A stretch of DNA of 44,870 bases, from positions 1-44,870 of the forward strand of contig JBMOFH010000002.1 of assembly GCA_049318845.1 (NCBI GenBank), in the 5' to 3' direction. The first letter of the stretch is position 1. Each line of letters begins with the position of its first letter. Both the position numbers and the translations under genes were made by a program. This DNA comes from Blastocatellia bacterium (GTDB lineage: Bacteria > Acidobacteriota > Blastocatellia > RBC074). Positions 18,590-29,015 of the stretch are shown in pieces. The notes beneath the pieces were generated by a model. The model saw nothing but the letters and a program-made list of their open reading frames with translations. It was not told where the DNA came from and ran no database searches.

Positions 18590-20401
18590 CTACCAGCCAA
18601 TCGCATAGCGCCCACGCCGAACATCGGCCCCGGCCTGAATGACCTTCGTCAACGGGTCATAGATAACGATGGTTGGAGCGGCGGTCGGGTTGTAGTTCTC
18701 CCTGACCTCGACCTTGTGGCCACGCTTCCGCATCTCCTCAGCCAGGTTTTGGCCAAACCGCTCTTCGAGGGTCAACGACCCCGGACTGTATTTGTGATCG
18801 TCAAAGGAGCTGACGAAGTGCTGGGTCTCGAAACGGGCCGCCTCGACCGCCTCCTGCGGATTCATGCCAAATTCGATGATGTTGAAGAGAACCTGAACGA
18901 GAGCCTGATCCTGGTTGTCCCCACCAGGTGTCGAGAGCGCGGCAAAGGGCTGCCCATCCTTCATCACCAGCGTCGGCGAGAGGGTAATCCGCGGGCGCTT
19001 ACCCGGCTTCAATTCGTTGGCATGGCCGGCCTCGAGCAGAAAGCTCTGGAGCCGGCTCGAAACGGGAATTCCCGTATCGCCGGCGATGAAGGCCGGCAGC
19101 CAGGCACCGCTCGGCGTCGCCGAAAATACGTTGCCTCGCGCATCGATGACATTGACGCAGGTGGTGTCGTTCGCGCGCTCATCAGCCGGCACGCTCGATG
19201 GTCCGGTCGACGCCTCCCCTGTCAGTCCAATCAGCGCCCCACGGTTGACGGGATCTCCGGGCCGCTGATCGAGTGAGGCCCGTCGCGGATCGATCAGCCC
19301 GCGACGCACCGCCGCGTACTCCTTTGAAAGCAATGCCAATCCCGGCACCTTGACCACGCGCGGATCGCCGTAGTAGCGGTCACGATCGGCAAAGGCCAGC
19401 TTGATCGCCTCGATCGCCGTGTGGACATAGTCGGGCGAGTTGTGGCCCATCGCCTTCAGATCATACCCTTCAAGCAGGTTGAGCGTTTCGAGCATGACCG
19501 GCCCCTGGCTCCAGAAACCGACCTTGTAGATGTCGTAGCCACGATAATTGACCCGTGTCGGCTCATCGACCTCGGCGTGGAACTTTGCCAGGTCGGCCGT
19601 CCGCATCAGGCCACCGGCCTTCTCTATCGCGTCACAAAATCGCTTGCCAAGCGGACCGCGATAGAAATGGTCACTCACCGCATCGAGCGCCGCCGCACGC
19701 CCAACTCGACGCGTCAGCATCTTCTTTTCAACCGCGACCAGTTCGCGCAGGCTGTTAGCCAGATTCTTCTGGACGAAGATCTCGCCCACCCGCGGCTCTC
19801 GCCCACCCGGCAGGAAGATCTGCCGCGAATCTGGCCAGACCTCGTAAACACGGCGCGTCTTCTGTATATAACTGACGCGCATCTCATCGATCGGAAATCC
19901 GTCGGCCAACTCGATCGCCGGCTGCATGACGTCGGCCAGCTTCATCGTTCCGTGATCGCGCAGCGCAACAATCATCGCGTCAAGCACCCCCGGAACGGTC
20001 GCCGCAAGCGGCCCGGTCGACGGGATCCGTGGCGGTTTCTGACCAAGATAAAATTCGCGCGTCGCCAACTCCGGTGCCGCCCCCTGGCCGTTGATCGTCT
20101 TCACTGGCTGACCAGCCATACGAATGATTACCGGGACTTCTCCACCAAACCCAAAATGCGAGATCTCGATCACCGAGGCAGCAAAGACTGCCGCCACTCC
20201 GGCATCGACCGCATTCCCCCCGCGGTGCAACATTCGCAGTCCAGCCTCGGCAACCAACGGATGCCCACCCGCCACCACACCCCGCGTTCCACGCACTGGC
20301 GGCCTGAACGTCTCCGGCCGCGCGGGTGTCTGCCCCTCTGCAATCAAGGCATTGAACAGAAATGTCACGACAATCAACAGCAACCAACTCTGACTTCTCA
20401 T
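18590..20401 (-). CDS. ggt: Gamma-glutamyltransferase family protein (secreted)
   Basis: Signal peptide, GGNAVDA near the N-terminus, an autoprocessing region ...NDTTCVNVIDARGNVFSATPS, and GGDNQDQ near the C-terminus. Confidence 0.85.
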   Translation of the reverse strand: MRSQSWLLLIVVTFLFNALIAEGQTPARPETFRPPVRGTRGVVAGGHPLVAEAGLRMLHRGGNAVDAGVAAVFAASVIEISHFGFGGEVPVIIRMAGQPVKTINGQGAAPELATREFYLGQKPPRIPSTGPLAATVPGVLDAMIVALRDHGTMKLADVMQPAIELADGFPIDEMRVSYIQKTRRVYEVWPDSRQIFLPGGREPRVGEIFVQKNLANSLRELVAVEKKMLTRRVGRAAALDAVSDHFYRGPLGKRFCDAIEKAGGLMRTADLAKFHAEVDEPTRVNYRGYDIYKVGFWSQGPVMLETLNLLEGYDLKAMGHNSPDYVHTAIEAIKLAFADRDRYYGDPRVVKVPGLALLSKEYAAVRRGLIDPRRASLDQRPGDPVNRGALIGLTGEASTGPSSVPADERANDTTCVNVIDARGNVFSATPSGAWLPAFIAGDTGIPVSSRLQSFLLEAGHANELKPGKRPRITLSPTLVMKDGQPFAALSTPGGDNQDQALVQVLFNIIEFGMNPQEAVEAARFETQHFVSSFDDHKYSPGSLTLEERFGQNLAEEMRKRGHKVEVRENYNPTAAPTIVIYDPLTKVIQAGADVRRGRYAIGW

Positions 20402-20688
20402 CGACTATCTCCCTCTGGAAAGGTTTGCGGATCAGACAGAATTCGAATTTTCCGTCATCCACACGCTCAAGGCAAACCCACTCACGCAACCACGCGGACA
20501 AAGATCCTCCGACGCACCAAATTCCAGGTTGCGCCACTCGATCGCAACGTATTGTTCGGATCGGCGGCAATTGTCTGACCGACTGTCTTTCCGGTCGCCT
20601 CTCTTTATGGTAGATTTTTGTCTGGTCTCGCGATCGAAAAGTCGCCGGCCAGGTTTCGATCACCAAACGAGTGTCGAAACCGATCTAT

Positions 20689-20724
20689 CAATACTTTGGA
20701 CAATACTTTGGACAATACTTTGGA
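20689..20724. repeat. 12 bp tandem repeat x3 (CAATACTTTGGA)
   Basis: Three perfect copies ending 16 nt before the FmdB-like ATG and fused to its GGAGGGTGGAG ribosome-binding region. Confidence 0.9.
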
Positions 20725-20740
20725 GGGTGGAGTAAAGGTT

Positions 20741-21001
20741 ATGCCAATTTATGAGTATGCCTGCAAAAAATGTGGTCACCATCTGGAAGTGATGCAAAAA
20801 ATGAGCGATGCCCCGCTCAGCAAGTGTCCGGAATGCAAGGGGAAGCTCGAAAAGCAGTTCTCCCAGACCAGTTTTCAGCTCAAGGGGGGTGGCTGGTACG
20901 TCAATGATTACGGCAAAGGCGGGCAGAAGCCCAAGAAAGAGGCAACTCCCGCGAAAGAGACCGCTCCCGCCGGCACGACCACAAACACAACGACCACCTG
21001 A
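20741..21001 (+). CDS. FmdB-family zinc-ribbon protein (CxxC_CxxC_SSSS)
   Basis: MPIYEYACKKCGHHLEVMQKMSDAPLSKCPECKGKLEKQFS. The ATG at 20741 has an upstream SD. The track start at 20618 would translate the repeats. Confidence 0.85.
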   Translation: MPIYEYACKKCGHHLEVMQKMSDAPLSKCPECKGKLEKQFSQTSFQLKGGGWYVNDYGKGGQKPKKEATPAKETAPAGTTTNTTTT

Positions 21002-21092
21002 GCGCCCAGAGGTGGAGCCTGCGGGACAGGCGGATGTGGAACAGACAATTGACCGAACATAGAACCAGCGCCTGACTGGCCAATAATCGAAC

Positions 21093-22073
21093 ATGAGCGA
21101 CCGTTTCAAGGTGAGAGTATATCGACTTGGAGCCTGCCTGGCATTGCTGGCGGGCGGGCTTCTCGTGAAAACGATTCTGACCTCCGCGCAGTCCGGGCGC
21201 AACCCGGTCTCCGGGCGCCGGACGACGGTTCTCAATGTCATTGGCCGCCGCGCTGAAGATCCAAACAAACCGAAGAAGCTGCTCACCCCCTCCGAGGAGG
21301 AGAAAGAGTCGCTCGAAAGAATCATTCCACGCGATAGTGTCAGCCTCTTCGATGGTGGAGTAATGCAGAAGATCGAGGCCTTCGCTCCCGACCCAACGCC
21401 GGCACGTATCGTTGTCCTGATGGACAATTCCTCGACCCTTCAGACAGATGTCCGCAAACTTGCCACCGTCCCGGCAGCCTTCGCGCCGGAAATATACGAG
21501 GGCGATAAGGTGATGGTTATCGGCTATGATCTCAAACCGGAGATCATCACCGACTTTACAGACGAACCCGCCAAACTCCAGGGAACCCTCGAACTGCTTC
21601 GCAAATCCGACATGCCAAAGCTGTATGACGCTCTCAACGTCGTCGTCGAGGATGTCCTGCGCCCGGAGGTCGGGTTCTCAAAACGGGTCATCCTGATCGT
21701 CAGCGACGGTCTCGATCGGGGCAGCGTCATCAGGTTCGACGAGATACTCGCCAAGCTTCAGGCCGAGAATATCACCGTCTATGCCATCCAGGTCCGCGAC
21801 CGGACACGCGGTGCCCTCCGCAAGGATCAACCCAAGCCGGCCGAGGTCATTCATCAGCTCACCGCCGGTACCGGCGGCCAGCCATTCCCGATCGATTCCG
21901 ATATCAGAAATACGGTCCGCCAAATCTGCGACGAAATGCGAAATGAGCGATACCTGCTAAGCTACTATCCGGAAGGTATCAACCCCATCAACAAGCGGAT
22001 CCTCCTCTTATCATCGACCGATCCGACCGTCACCCTCCGCTACAAGGGCTGGCATCCCCCGCAAAAATTCTGA
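21093..22073 (+). CDS. VWA domain protein (VWFA-related Acidobacterial domain type)
   Basis: N-terminal anchor. MIDAS-like VVLMDNSST and ILIVSDGLDRGS motifs. Confidence 0.8.
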   Translation: MSDRFKVRVYRLGACLALLAGGLLVKTILTSAQSGRNPVSGRRTTVLNVIGRRAEDPNKPKKLLTPSEEEKESLERIIPRDSVSLFDGGVMQKIEAFAPDPTPARIVVLMDNSSTLQTDVRKLATVPAAFAPEIYEGDKVMVIGYDLKPEIITDFTDEPAKLQGTLELLRKSDMPKLYDALNVVVEDVLRPEVGFSKRVILIVSDGLDRGSVIRFDEILAKLQAENITVYAIQVRDRTRGALRKDQPKPAEVIHQLTAGTGGQPFPIDSDIRNTVRQICDEMRNERYLLSYYPEGINPINKRILLLSSTDPTVTLRYKGWHPPQKF

Positions 22074-22095
22074 GCCGGCCACCACCTCATCCAAT

Positions 22096-22344
22096 TCAGC
22101 TTCGCACAATATCGACCTGATAGTTCTCGATCACCGGATTGGCGAGAACATCATTGGCGAACTTCTCGACCCTCGCTCTCGCTTCGACATCATCGAGCGA
22201 CGGATCGAGACTGATCTCAAAGTACTTTCCCTGTCGGACATCGGCAATCCCCTGATAACCTATCGTCTCAGCGGCGTGTTGAATCGCCTTTCCCTGCGGA
22301 TCGAGAACGCCAGTTTTCAGTGTTACATAGACCTTTGCTAACAT
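22096..22344 (-). CDS. purS: Phosphoribosylformylglycinamidine synthase subunit PurS
   Basis: 82 aa, MLAKVYVTLKTGVLDPQGKAIQHA...GKYFEISLD. Confidence 0.9.
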   Translation of the reverse strand: MLAKVYVTLKTGVLDPQGKAIQHAAETIGYQGIADVRQGKYFEISLDPSLDDVEARARVEKFANDVLANPVIENYQVDIVRS

Positions 22345-22431
22345 TGAGAAATACCTTTCTTGAAATAAACGTGTCGGGTGGTTTCAAAATTTCCGTCCCG
22401 TGGTGTCACCGACTGCAGACCGAACAGAGGC

Positions 22432-23736
22432 TCATTTTCCCTTACCGGTAAAGACCCTCGCGAAGACACGATCGACATTCTTGAGCTGGGTACGGACATC
22501 GAAGGCGCGATCGATCTGATCCGCCGTGATCGTGCGTGCAATATCGGGGTCCTTCATCACCAGTTCCCGAAAATCGAGTCCGTTGTCCCACGAATTGAGG
22601 GCGTTGCGCTGCACCCAATAGTAGGCATCTTCGCGCGGTGCACCAGCGGCCGTCAGTTCGAGCAGGAGCTGACCGGAGAAGACCAGTCCGCGCGTCACAT
22701 TGAGATTCTGCATCATCCGCTCCGGCTTGACGACGAGCGTGTCGAGCAGCGACGCGGCCTTCGCCAGCAGATAATCGATCGCGATACACCCATCGGGCAG
22801 AATGACTCGCTCGGCGGAAGAGTGCGAAATATCGCGTTCATGCCAGAGGGCATTGTTCTCGAGCGCGGTTACGGCATAGCCACGGACGACACGCGCCATT
22901 CCACAGATGCGTTCAGAGAGGATCGGATTGCGCTTGTGTGGCATCGCCGATGAACCCTTCTGACCGGGCTTGAAGTATTCGTGGGCCTCACCAACCTCCG
23001 TCCGCTGCCAGTGACGAACCTGAAGAGCCATCTTTTCCAGTGACGAAGCGATGATGGCAAGAACACACATAAATTCGGCGTAACGGTCACGCTGGATCAC
23101 CTGTGTCGAGACACTGGCGGGGCGCAGACCAAGCAGAAAGCAGACACGCTCCTCGATCTCCGGATCGAGATGCGCGAAGGCTCCGACTGCACCGGAGAGT
23201 TTTCCGTAGCTGACCGCGTTGCGCGCCCGTGTCATACGGTCGATGTTTCGCCGATTCTCCTCGAACCAGAGTGAAAATGTCAGGCCAAGCGTCGTCGGCT
23301 CGGCGTGAATGCCGTGAGTCCTCCCGATCATCGGGGTATCCTTAAACTCATAGGCGCGTCGCTTCAGGACGTCACTCAGCGCCTGGAGGCGCGATATGAT
23401 CAGATCTCCCGCTTCACGCATGAGCAGGGCGTTTGCCGTGTCGACGACATCCGATGAGGTCAGACCAAAGTGGACCCAGCGCGCCTCCGGCCCGATATTC
23501 TCGGCGAGGTTGGTCGTGAAGGCGATCACGTCATGATCGAGTGTCTTTTCAAGTTCGTGGATCCGATCGACCGAAAAGGCAGCCTTCTGACGAATCACAT
23601 CAACAACTTCGGCGGGGATGTTTCCCGCTTCGGCGTTCGCCTGGCAGGCGGCAATCTCCACCTCCAGCCACTTGCGGTAACGGTTCTCCTCGGTCCAGAT
23701 TGCCCCCATCTCGGGCAGTGTATATCGCTTGATCAT
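22432..23736 (-). CDS. purB: Adenylosuccinate lyase
   Basis: MIKRYTLPEMGAIWTEENRYRKWLEVE...GSSAMPHKRNP signature, 434 aa. Confidence 0.95.
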   Translation of the reverse strand: MIKRYTLPEMGAIWTEENRYRKWLEVEIAACQANAEAGNIPAEVVDVIRQKAAFSVDRIHELEKTLDHDVIAFTTNLAENIGPEARWVHFGLTSSDVVDTANALLMREAGDLIISRLQALSDVLKRRAYEFKDTPMIGRTHGIHAEPTTLGLTFSLWFEENRRNIDRMTRARNAVSYGKLSGAVGAFAHLDPEIEERVCFLLGLRPASVSTQVIQRDRYAEFMCVLAIIASSLEKMALQVRHWQRTEVGEAHEYFKPGQKGSSAMPHKRNPILSERICGMARVVRGYAVTALENNALWHERDISHSSAERVILPDGCIAIDYLLAKAASLLDTLVVKPERMMQNLNVTRGLVFSGQLLLELTAAGAPREDAYYWVQRNALNSWDNGLDFRELVMKDPDIARTITADQIDRAFDVRTQLKNVDRVFARVFTGKGK

Positions 23737-23743
23737 AGAAATA

Positions 23744-23974
23744 TTATTCCTGGGAATTCCCGATATTTCGGGTCTGTGAATTCCCTATCTTCCGGGATTG
23801 TGAATAAAAAACAGTACTGAGCAGCGCGGCCGCGATCGGGATCGCCCAGACAAATGGCGAATCGTCAGGCCGTCGACCAAACAGAATGGCAAGTATCCAG
23901 CCAATGGCAACAATGCAGAGTCCGGAGGCGGCGCGACGATACCCCCGATCCAGATTCTCGTTCTCTTCGTTCAT
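23744..23974 (-). CDS. Small hypothetical membrane protein (76 aa) with a repeat-encoded C-terminus
   Basis: Two hydrophobic segments, tightly packed between VWA and purB. The last 16 aa (RKIGNSQT RNIGNSQE) are encoded by the 24 bp DNA repeat, so the true 3' end is uncertain. Confidence 0.4.
   Translation of the reverse strand: MNEENENLDRGYRRAASGLCIVAIGWILAILFGRRPDDSPFVWAIPIAAALLSTVFYSQSRKIGNSQTRNIGNSQE
23753..23806. repeat. 24 bp tandem repeat x2.3, each unit starting with a G(G/T)GAATTCCC palindrome
   Basis: GGGAATTCCCGATATTTCGGGTCT / GTGAATTCCCTATCTTCCGGGATT / GTGAAT. It lies 17-70 nt upstream of the purB start. Confidence 0.8.
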
Positions 23975-23975
23975 G

Positions 23976-25121
23976 CTATCGATTCCCCGTTATCCGCTTC
24001 CGCGACTCTTCTTCATCGACAAGGTAACTGCGACGTGAACGGAGGGTCATCCCGGGGCGGGCGGGAATGACCTCGATCATCCGCCGATCCTCGAGGCTCG
24101 GTCTCCGCTCCGTCGCAAAAGAGAGACTATACTGGGCGCCGATCTCTTCCGCCAGTGGACGAAAGCTTGTCACCACCTCGCCGTGACTCTGCGGCAACCA
24201 CATTATTCCGCCACTTCCATCGGCGAGCTGACGAAGCTCGACCTCCGTCCCCTCGAGCCGTGAAAGATAGCTTTTTAGCTCCCCAAGCCGACTGGCAGAG
24301 GCAGAGGTAAAACTTTCATGTCCGCGCATCCAGCCGACGGCAAGCTCTATCTCTCGCCGGAGAGCCTCGGCCCACCCGACGACAAAGACGATCGCCCGGG
24401 AATGCTCGAGCACACGCAGCGCTTTCGAGCGCCCCGACTTGCTGGCCGAATCGACCCCATCGGTAAGCAGCACGACAACCCGCCGACCTTCCGGCTTCTC
24501 TGCCAGCTTCGTCGCCGCCAATTGCAGCGCGTCATAATAAGTTGAACGAATACCGACCCGATACCCGGAGCGGAGCGCGCCTATCGCCTTCGCTGAATCA
24601 CGCGTCCAATCCTGGAGCAACTGCACACGATCCGCATACTGGATGATCGCCACCTCGTCACGCGGCGAAAGCGCGGCCAGGAACTTTTCCGCAAACTCAC
24701 GCGCGGTCGGATTCGCAAGCATCGAGGCGGTTTCGCTCTTTGCCCAGACTGGGCGCTCTTCGGATCCGTAGCGGCGCGTCGGACCATTCTTGAAGGTTCC
24801 AACCTCGTTGCACCCGTCGAGAATCAGAACAATATTCGCCGGCTCCCGCTTCAGACTGACGACCTGACGGGACTCCTTCTCCTCGAGAACCAGCACCTCC
24901 TGTGGCTTCAAATCGTCGATGAATCGACCATTCGCGTCATAGGCGAGGAGCGGCAGCACCACCTCGAGCGTCTCGATTCGAATGACTGGCTTTTCCGCCT
25001 CCCCATTCCGCCCCTGTGGGCGACGTCCTGATTGTGCCAGGCCAGACTCTGCCAGAGGAGGCCATCCCACGCCACCAAGCAACAGCATAATCCAGACAAC
25101 TCGACGTTTAGCTCGCGACAT
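23976..25121 (-). CDS. VWA domain protein (VWFA-related Acidobacterial domain type)
   Basis: Signal/anchor, then IVLILDG and VVVLLTDGVDSASKSG motifs. It is a paralogue of 21093..22073. Confidence 0.8.
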   Translation of the reverse strand: MSRAKRRVVWIMLLLGGVGWPPLAESGLAQSGRRPQGRNGEAEKPVIRIETLEVVLPLLAYDANGRFIDDLKPQEVLVLEEKESRQVVSLKREPANIVLILDGCNEVGTFKNGPTRRYGSEERPVWAKSETASMLANPTAREFAEKFLAALSPRDEVAIIQYADRVQLLQDWTRDSAKAIGALRSGYRVGIRSTYYDALQLAATKLAEKPEGRRVVVLLTDGVDSASKSGRSKALRVLEHSRAIVFVVGWAEALRREIELAVGWMRGHESFTSASASRLGELKSYLSRLEGTEVELRQLADGSGGIMWLPQSHGEVVTSFRPLAEEIGAQYSLSFATERRPSLEDRRMIEVIPARPGMTLRSRRSYLVDEEESRKRITGNR

Positions 25122-25134
25122 ATGGCGGGGCTCC

Positions 25135-25932
25135 CTAAAGCTCTATCCAGTCACCAGGCCGGTTGTAGGGTGCAACGCTGACCCGTCTTCCCGAATTACC
25201 TGAGAGAAGAGGAGCCCGCTCCCCGAGCGCCTGCATTGCCGCCTGCTCCGCCAACAGCGGCAGATTGGTGTTTTGTGAGAGATGTGCAAGGACGATGTGC
25301 CCGGCCTTGCCATCGAAATCCTCACGCAGAAAGCGGGCCATCTCCATATTCGAGGTGTGACCGTGACGCCCCATAATCCGCTGCTTCAATGCCCACGGAT
25401 AATAAGTGCAAACCTTGAGCATCTCGATCTCGTGATTGGCCTCGAGGATCAGCGCATCACAACCACGAAACCCCTCGACCACCGGCTGACTGAAATAACC
25501 GAGATCGACCGCAATCCCCATTCGACAGCCGGCCGCCTCGACCGTGAAAGCGAGCGGATCGGCCGCATCGTGTGGAATCGCGAATGGATGGAATATCAGC
25601 GAACCGATCGCGAAATCCTGACCAGCAACCAGCGATTCGCCACGCCGCAGCCCCTTCTCCTTCTCGCCAAGGTTGCAGGCGTCAAGGGTCGCCGATGACG
25701 CATAGACCTCGACACCAAGCAGCGTTGAAAGCCTCGCCAGTCCACGTGAATGATCACCATGCTCATGGGTCAGAACCACCGCGTCGAGTCGCGCCGGATC
25801 CTCACCAACCTCCTGAAGCCGCTTGACCGTCTCGCGTCCGCTCAGACCACAGTCGATCAGAACCCGCGTCTCGCCGGCAACCACGAGGGTCGCGTTTCCT
25901 GCACTGCCGCTTCCAAGCGTGCAAATCCGCAT
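25135..25932 (-). CDS. MBL-fold metallo-hydrolase
   Basis: [14 protein letters not shown]...LIDCG...[10 protein letters not shown] (HxHxDH motif). Confidence 0.85.
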   Translation of the reverse strand: MRICTLGSGSAGNATLVVAGETRVLIDCGLSGRETVKRLQEVGEDPARLDAVVLTHEHGDHSRGLARLSTLLGVEVYASSATLDACNLGEKEKGLRRGESLVAGQDFAIGSLIFHPFAIPHDAADPLAFTVEAAGCRMGIAVDLGYFSQPVVEGFRGCDALILEANHEIEMLKVCTYYPWALKQRIMGRHGHTSNMEMARFLREDFDGKAGHIVLAHLSQNTNLPLLAEQAAMQALGERAPLLSGNSGRRVSVAPYNRPGDWIEL

Positions 25933-26516
25933 TATTGGTCCTTCTCTCTCATCTTTACCGGCTCTTCAATCCCGCCCAGGCTGATCGGGCTAATTGGGCC
26001 ATTCGGATCGACACGGTCAAGATTGAGGGTCGTCTGCTCGACGATGCTCCCTTTTGGAATTGGGGAACCGGGCAGCGTCGCCATCGCCGGCTTACTGGCC
26101 GGCAATTGCCCCGTATCAGGTACCTGAGGTGAAAATAGACTGGGCGGCCCGCTCCGAAGACGCAAATGCTCGCGATAACGCAGATACTGCCCGACCCCGT
26201 GCCCCATCGACCCGAATGCCGGAATCAGAATCCAGAACCACCAGAGCCGACCGGCCGGAGCGAAACTCAACGCCGCAAATGCCGCGATAAATAGACCAAT
26301 CCCGGAAAAGAACGATGACGCCGCCGCCTCGATGCTGGGCGACCGCCCACTCTTACCATCTCCACCCCGGCCACCTCCACCCTGGCCATCTCCACCCCGG
26401 CCACCAGCTGGTGCACGCTGGCCATTCAACGCCTGCGACACCAGACTCACATTCGCGCCACACGAACGACAGAAACGCACCCCATCGATCTGTGCTGCAC
26501 AGTTTGGACAATACAT
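25932..26516 (-). CDS. Zinc-ribbon membrane protein with a Gly/Arg/Asp-rich repeat
   Basis: [23 protein letters not shown], then [20 protein letters not shown], then two TM helices. Its stop overlaps the next start by 1 nt. Confidence 0.7.
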   Translation of the reverse strand: MYCPNCAAQIDGVRFCRSCGANVSLVSQALNGQRAPAGGRGGDGQGGGGRGGDGKSGRSPSIEAAASSFFSGIGLFIAAFAALSFAPAGRLWWFWILIPAFGSMGHGVGQYLRYREHLRLRSGPPSLFSPQVPDTGQLPASKPAMATLPGSPIPKGSIVEQTTLNLDRVDPNGPISPISLGGIEEPVKMREKDQ

Positions 26517-26536
26517 CTGCCACCTCCCTGCCTCGA

Positions 26537-27361
26537 TTACAACCAGTCGAGGTGATTGTAACGCTCACCAACGAGATGAAGAAAGAGCGCCTCGAGCGTA
26601 CTGAACCGCTCACCGTCACATTCGAGCGAACCTCCGCTCGCCAGGCACTCCAGCTCACCTCGCCACGCCAGTTGCCCACCCTTGATGATCGCCACATCAT
26701 CGCACAACCGTTCAACCGTCTCGAGAACGTGCGTCGTCATAAAGACTGTTCGCCCATCGGCGACAAACCGCCGCAGCCAGTCCTTAAGCATCGCGACACC
26801 CGCCGGATCGATACTCTCGAACGGCTCGTCAAGAAAGAGAATCTCCGGCCGGTGAATGATCGCCGCCGCAAAGGCAACCTTCTTTCGCATCCCGGTGCTG
26901 TAATCGGCCAGCCGCTTGCGGCTCGCCGTCGTCAAATCGAGCACCCTGATCAACTCACCCACCCGCTGGCGGACGATCTCTTCCTCAAGCCCGTGCATCC
27001 GTGCCGTGAAGGCCAGAAACTCATTCGCATAGAGCTGGTCAAAAAGCGCCAGACCTTCCGGCATGACCCCGATCCGCCGCTTGAGCACGATCGAATCGCT
27101 ATTGAACCGCTCGCCAAGCAGTTCAACCTGCCCGGATGTCGGATCAAGCAGCCCGGTCAGACATCCTATCGTTGTGCTCTTCCCCGCCCCGTTCGGCCCC
27201 AGAAATCCGAAAAGCCGCCCCCGCGGTACCTGCAACGTCAACTGATCGACCGCCGTAAAGCTGCCGTACCTCTTCGTCAGGCGGTCGAGACTAATCGCGA
27301 TCCCTGGCTGATCGGCACTGCCGCCAGTTTCAATCTTGTCATTTTTTAATGATCCACTCAT
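26537..27361 (-). CDS. ABC transporter ATP-binding protein
   Basis: [13 protein letters not shown] (Walker A), YSTGMRKKV (signature-like), ILFLDEP (Walker B). The ATG at 27361 is preferred to the TTG at 27397. Confidence 0.9.
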   Translation of the reverse strand: MSGSLKNDKIETGGSADQPGIAISLDRLTKRYGSFTAVDQLTLQVPRGRLFGFLGPNGAGKSTTIGCLTGLLDPTSGQVELLGERFNSDSIVLKRRIGVMPEGLALFDQLYANEFLAFTARMHGLEEEIVRQRVGELIRVLDLTTASRKRLADYSTGMRKKVAFAAAIIHRPEILFLDEPFESIDPAGVAMLKDWLRRFVADGRTVFMTTHVLETVERLCDDVAIIKGGQLAWRGELECLASGGSLECDGERFSTLEALFLHLVGERYNHLDWL

Positions 27362-27401
27362 TGAGAATCCTGGAAAATTGCCTGCCCTGCCAACCAATAA
27401 C

Positions 27402-29012
27402 TCAGTTCGCTCCGGAGATCCGCCGGATCACCGACTCACTCTTCATCCGTAACGCGCCGTCAAGATTGAAGAATGAGAGAAGATAGAATGCCAGACTCAA
27501 AAGAAATGTGAGCCACGGCGCCCACCAGAAGCTAAGAAGAATCGCCTGCCCGTAATCCCTCACCAGCGCCGACCCGAAAACAAATGGCACCAGTACCCCC
27601 GTCAGCACCACCGCATTTGCACCAAGCGAGAGCCGGTTGTTCCACATAGAATCAAAATCGACCGACTTGGCTGAAAAAATCGAGATCCAGAGCCCGATAC
27701 CATTGAAAAGCACTGTCCCGGTCAGCGAAATCCCGATCAGGACGACCATCATTCGCCACGACTTGGGCTCTTTCCAGTAGATTGCCAGCCAGAAGACGAA
27801 GGCCGTCAGCACCACCGTCAGCCGAAGCAGCATCGAGGCCATGCTTCCCGCCCGCAGTGCATCACCCATCGGGGCCGGAATTACTGCGTACCGGCGAACC
27901 CCTGCCCCATCAAACCCAAGCAGATTGAGCATCATCCCCGCCGCCGTTGCACAACTGAGAATGTAAAAGACCAGCGCCGAGTTGAAGAGAAACCCGCCCT
28001 TCCTCCCACCAGCGTCAAGAAACCGGATGATTATCACCAGCAATGGCGAGGTGATCAGACTGTACCTGATCAGGTTGCAACGCAGATGATAGCGGAGCGA
28101 TTTCTCGACCAACGGTCCATAATGGCGCCCAAAGAGGCTCCCGACCTGCGCGATCGTATCTTCTGAAACGACCTGCGCATCGACCGGACTGACCGCTCCG
28201 GCGTCAGATTTGACCGGACGATGCTCGATCCAACGAAGAAAGGTGGTCAATCCGGCGATCCAGGCAATCAGAACCACCGCCTTCATCAGATGCGACGTCA
28301 CCGGGCCGGAAATCATCATTCCAGCCGCTACCCCCGGGGGCAGCCAGCGCAAAACTGCATCCAGCCCGCGCCAGATCGCGCGCGTTGTCGATGGTTCGAG
28401 CGTGCTTGCCACCAGCGGACCAACCGAGAAGATCACCAGAACCCCGCCCCACAGAATCGCCGTTCCGCTCCGGGTCTGCATCAACCGGTTGATGATCGAC
28501 AGCAGCACCGCCGTCGTCAGATAACTTGCCAGAATAAACAGCAGCGCCGCGAAGAGCCCCGATCCAAGATCACCCGCCTTCAACCAGAACATTCCGATCG
28601 CCAGACCGAGCGCCCCGCAGACCAGCACGATCCAGACCGGATCGAAGAGCCCAATTCCATGCCGGACCATAAACCGTTGTCCGGCCCGCAGCGGATATCC
28701 GCGCAGCGCCCCATCTGTAAACGCCGCCCTCGCGCCAAATCCGAAGAGCAGGCTGAGTCCAAACCCATTGGCGTAAAGGCTGGTCAGCATCCACCGGCTG
28801 ATCGACTCCCCCTGGCCAAGGGCAATCGCCGCGATCGCCGCCCCCAACCCGCCAAACGCAAAGAGCAGTGCCCCCAGCGCACCAAGCAGATAGAGAGCCA
28901 GCATCGCCGAGATCATCCCCTGACTCGAACGCGCCTGCGCCCAGATCAGCCGGTATCGCAGGCCGATCAGTGCCCTTCCCTGCCGCAGAAACTCAACCGT
29001 CCACATCTCCAT
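27402..29012 (-). CDS. Polytopic membrane protein, putative ABC-exporter permease partner
   Basis: About 12 or more hydrophobic helices. It lies immediately upstream of the ABC ATPase (4 nt to the track start). Size and topology resemble the 'putative ABC exporter' family. This is a weak assignment. Confidence 0.6.
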   Translation of the reverse strand: MEMWTVEFLRQGRALIGLRYRLIWAQARSSQGMISAMLALYLLGALGALLFAFGGLGAAIAAIALGQGESISRWMLTSLYANGFGLSLLFGFGARAAFTDGALRGYPLRAGQRFMVRHGIGLFDPVWIVLVCGALGLAIGMFWLKAGDLGSGLFAALLFILASYLTTAVLLSIINRLMQTRSGTAILWGGVLVIFSVGPLVASTLEPSTTRAIWRGLDAVLRWLPPGVAAGMMISGPVTSHLMKAVVLIAWIAGLTTFLRWIEHRPVKSDAGAVSPVDAQVVSEDTIAQVGSLFGRHYGPLVEKSLRYHLRCNLIRYSLITSPLLVIIIRFLDAGGRKGGFLFNSALVFYILSCATAAGMMLNLLGFDGAGVRRYAVIPAPMGDALRAGSMASMLLRLTVVLTAFVFWLAIYWKEPKSWRMMVVLIGISLTGTVLFNGIGLWISIFSAKSVDFDSMWNNRLSLGANAVVLTGVLVPFVFGSALVRDYGQAILLSFWWAPWLTFLLSLAFYLLSFFNLDGALRMKSESVIRRISGAN

Positions 29013-29015
29013 CGA

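Noticed and set aside
19421-20578. Long antisense ORFs (for example 19421..20578, 28221..29195, 26315..27349, 14496..15464, 8733..9539, 10533..11243)
   Set aside because: Each lies opposite a gene with strong family motifs. Their translations are Arg/Pro/Gln-rich and low in complexity, as expected from stop-poor antisense frames in GC-rich DNA.
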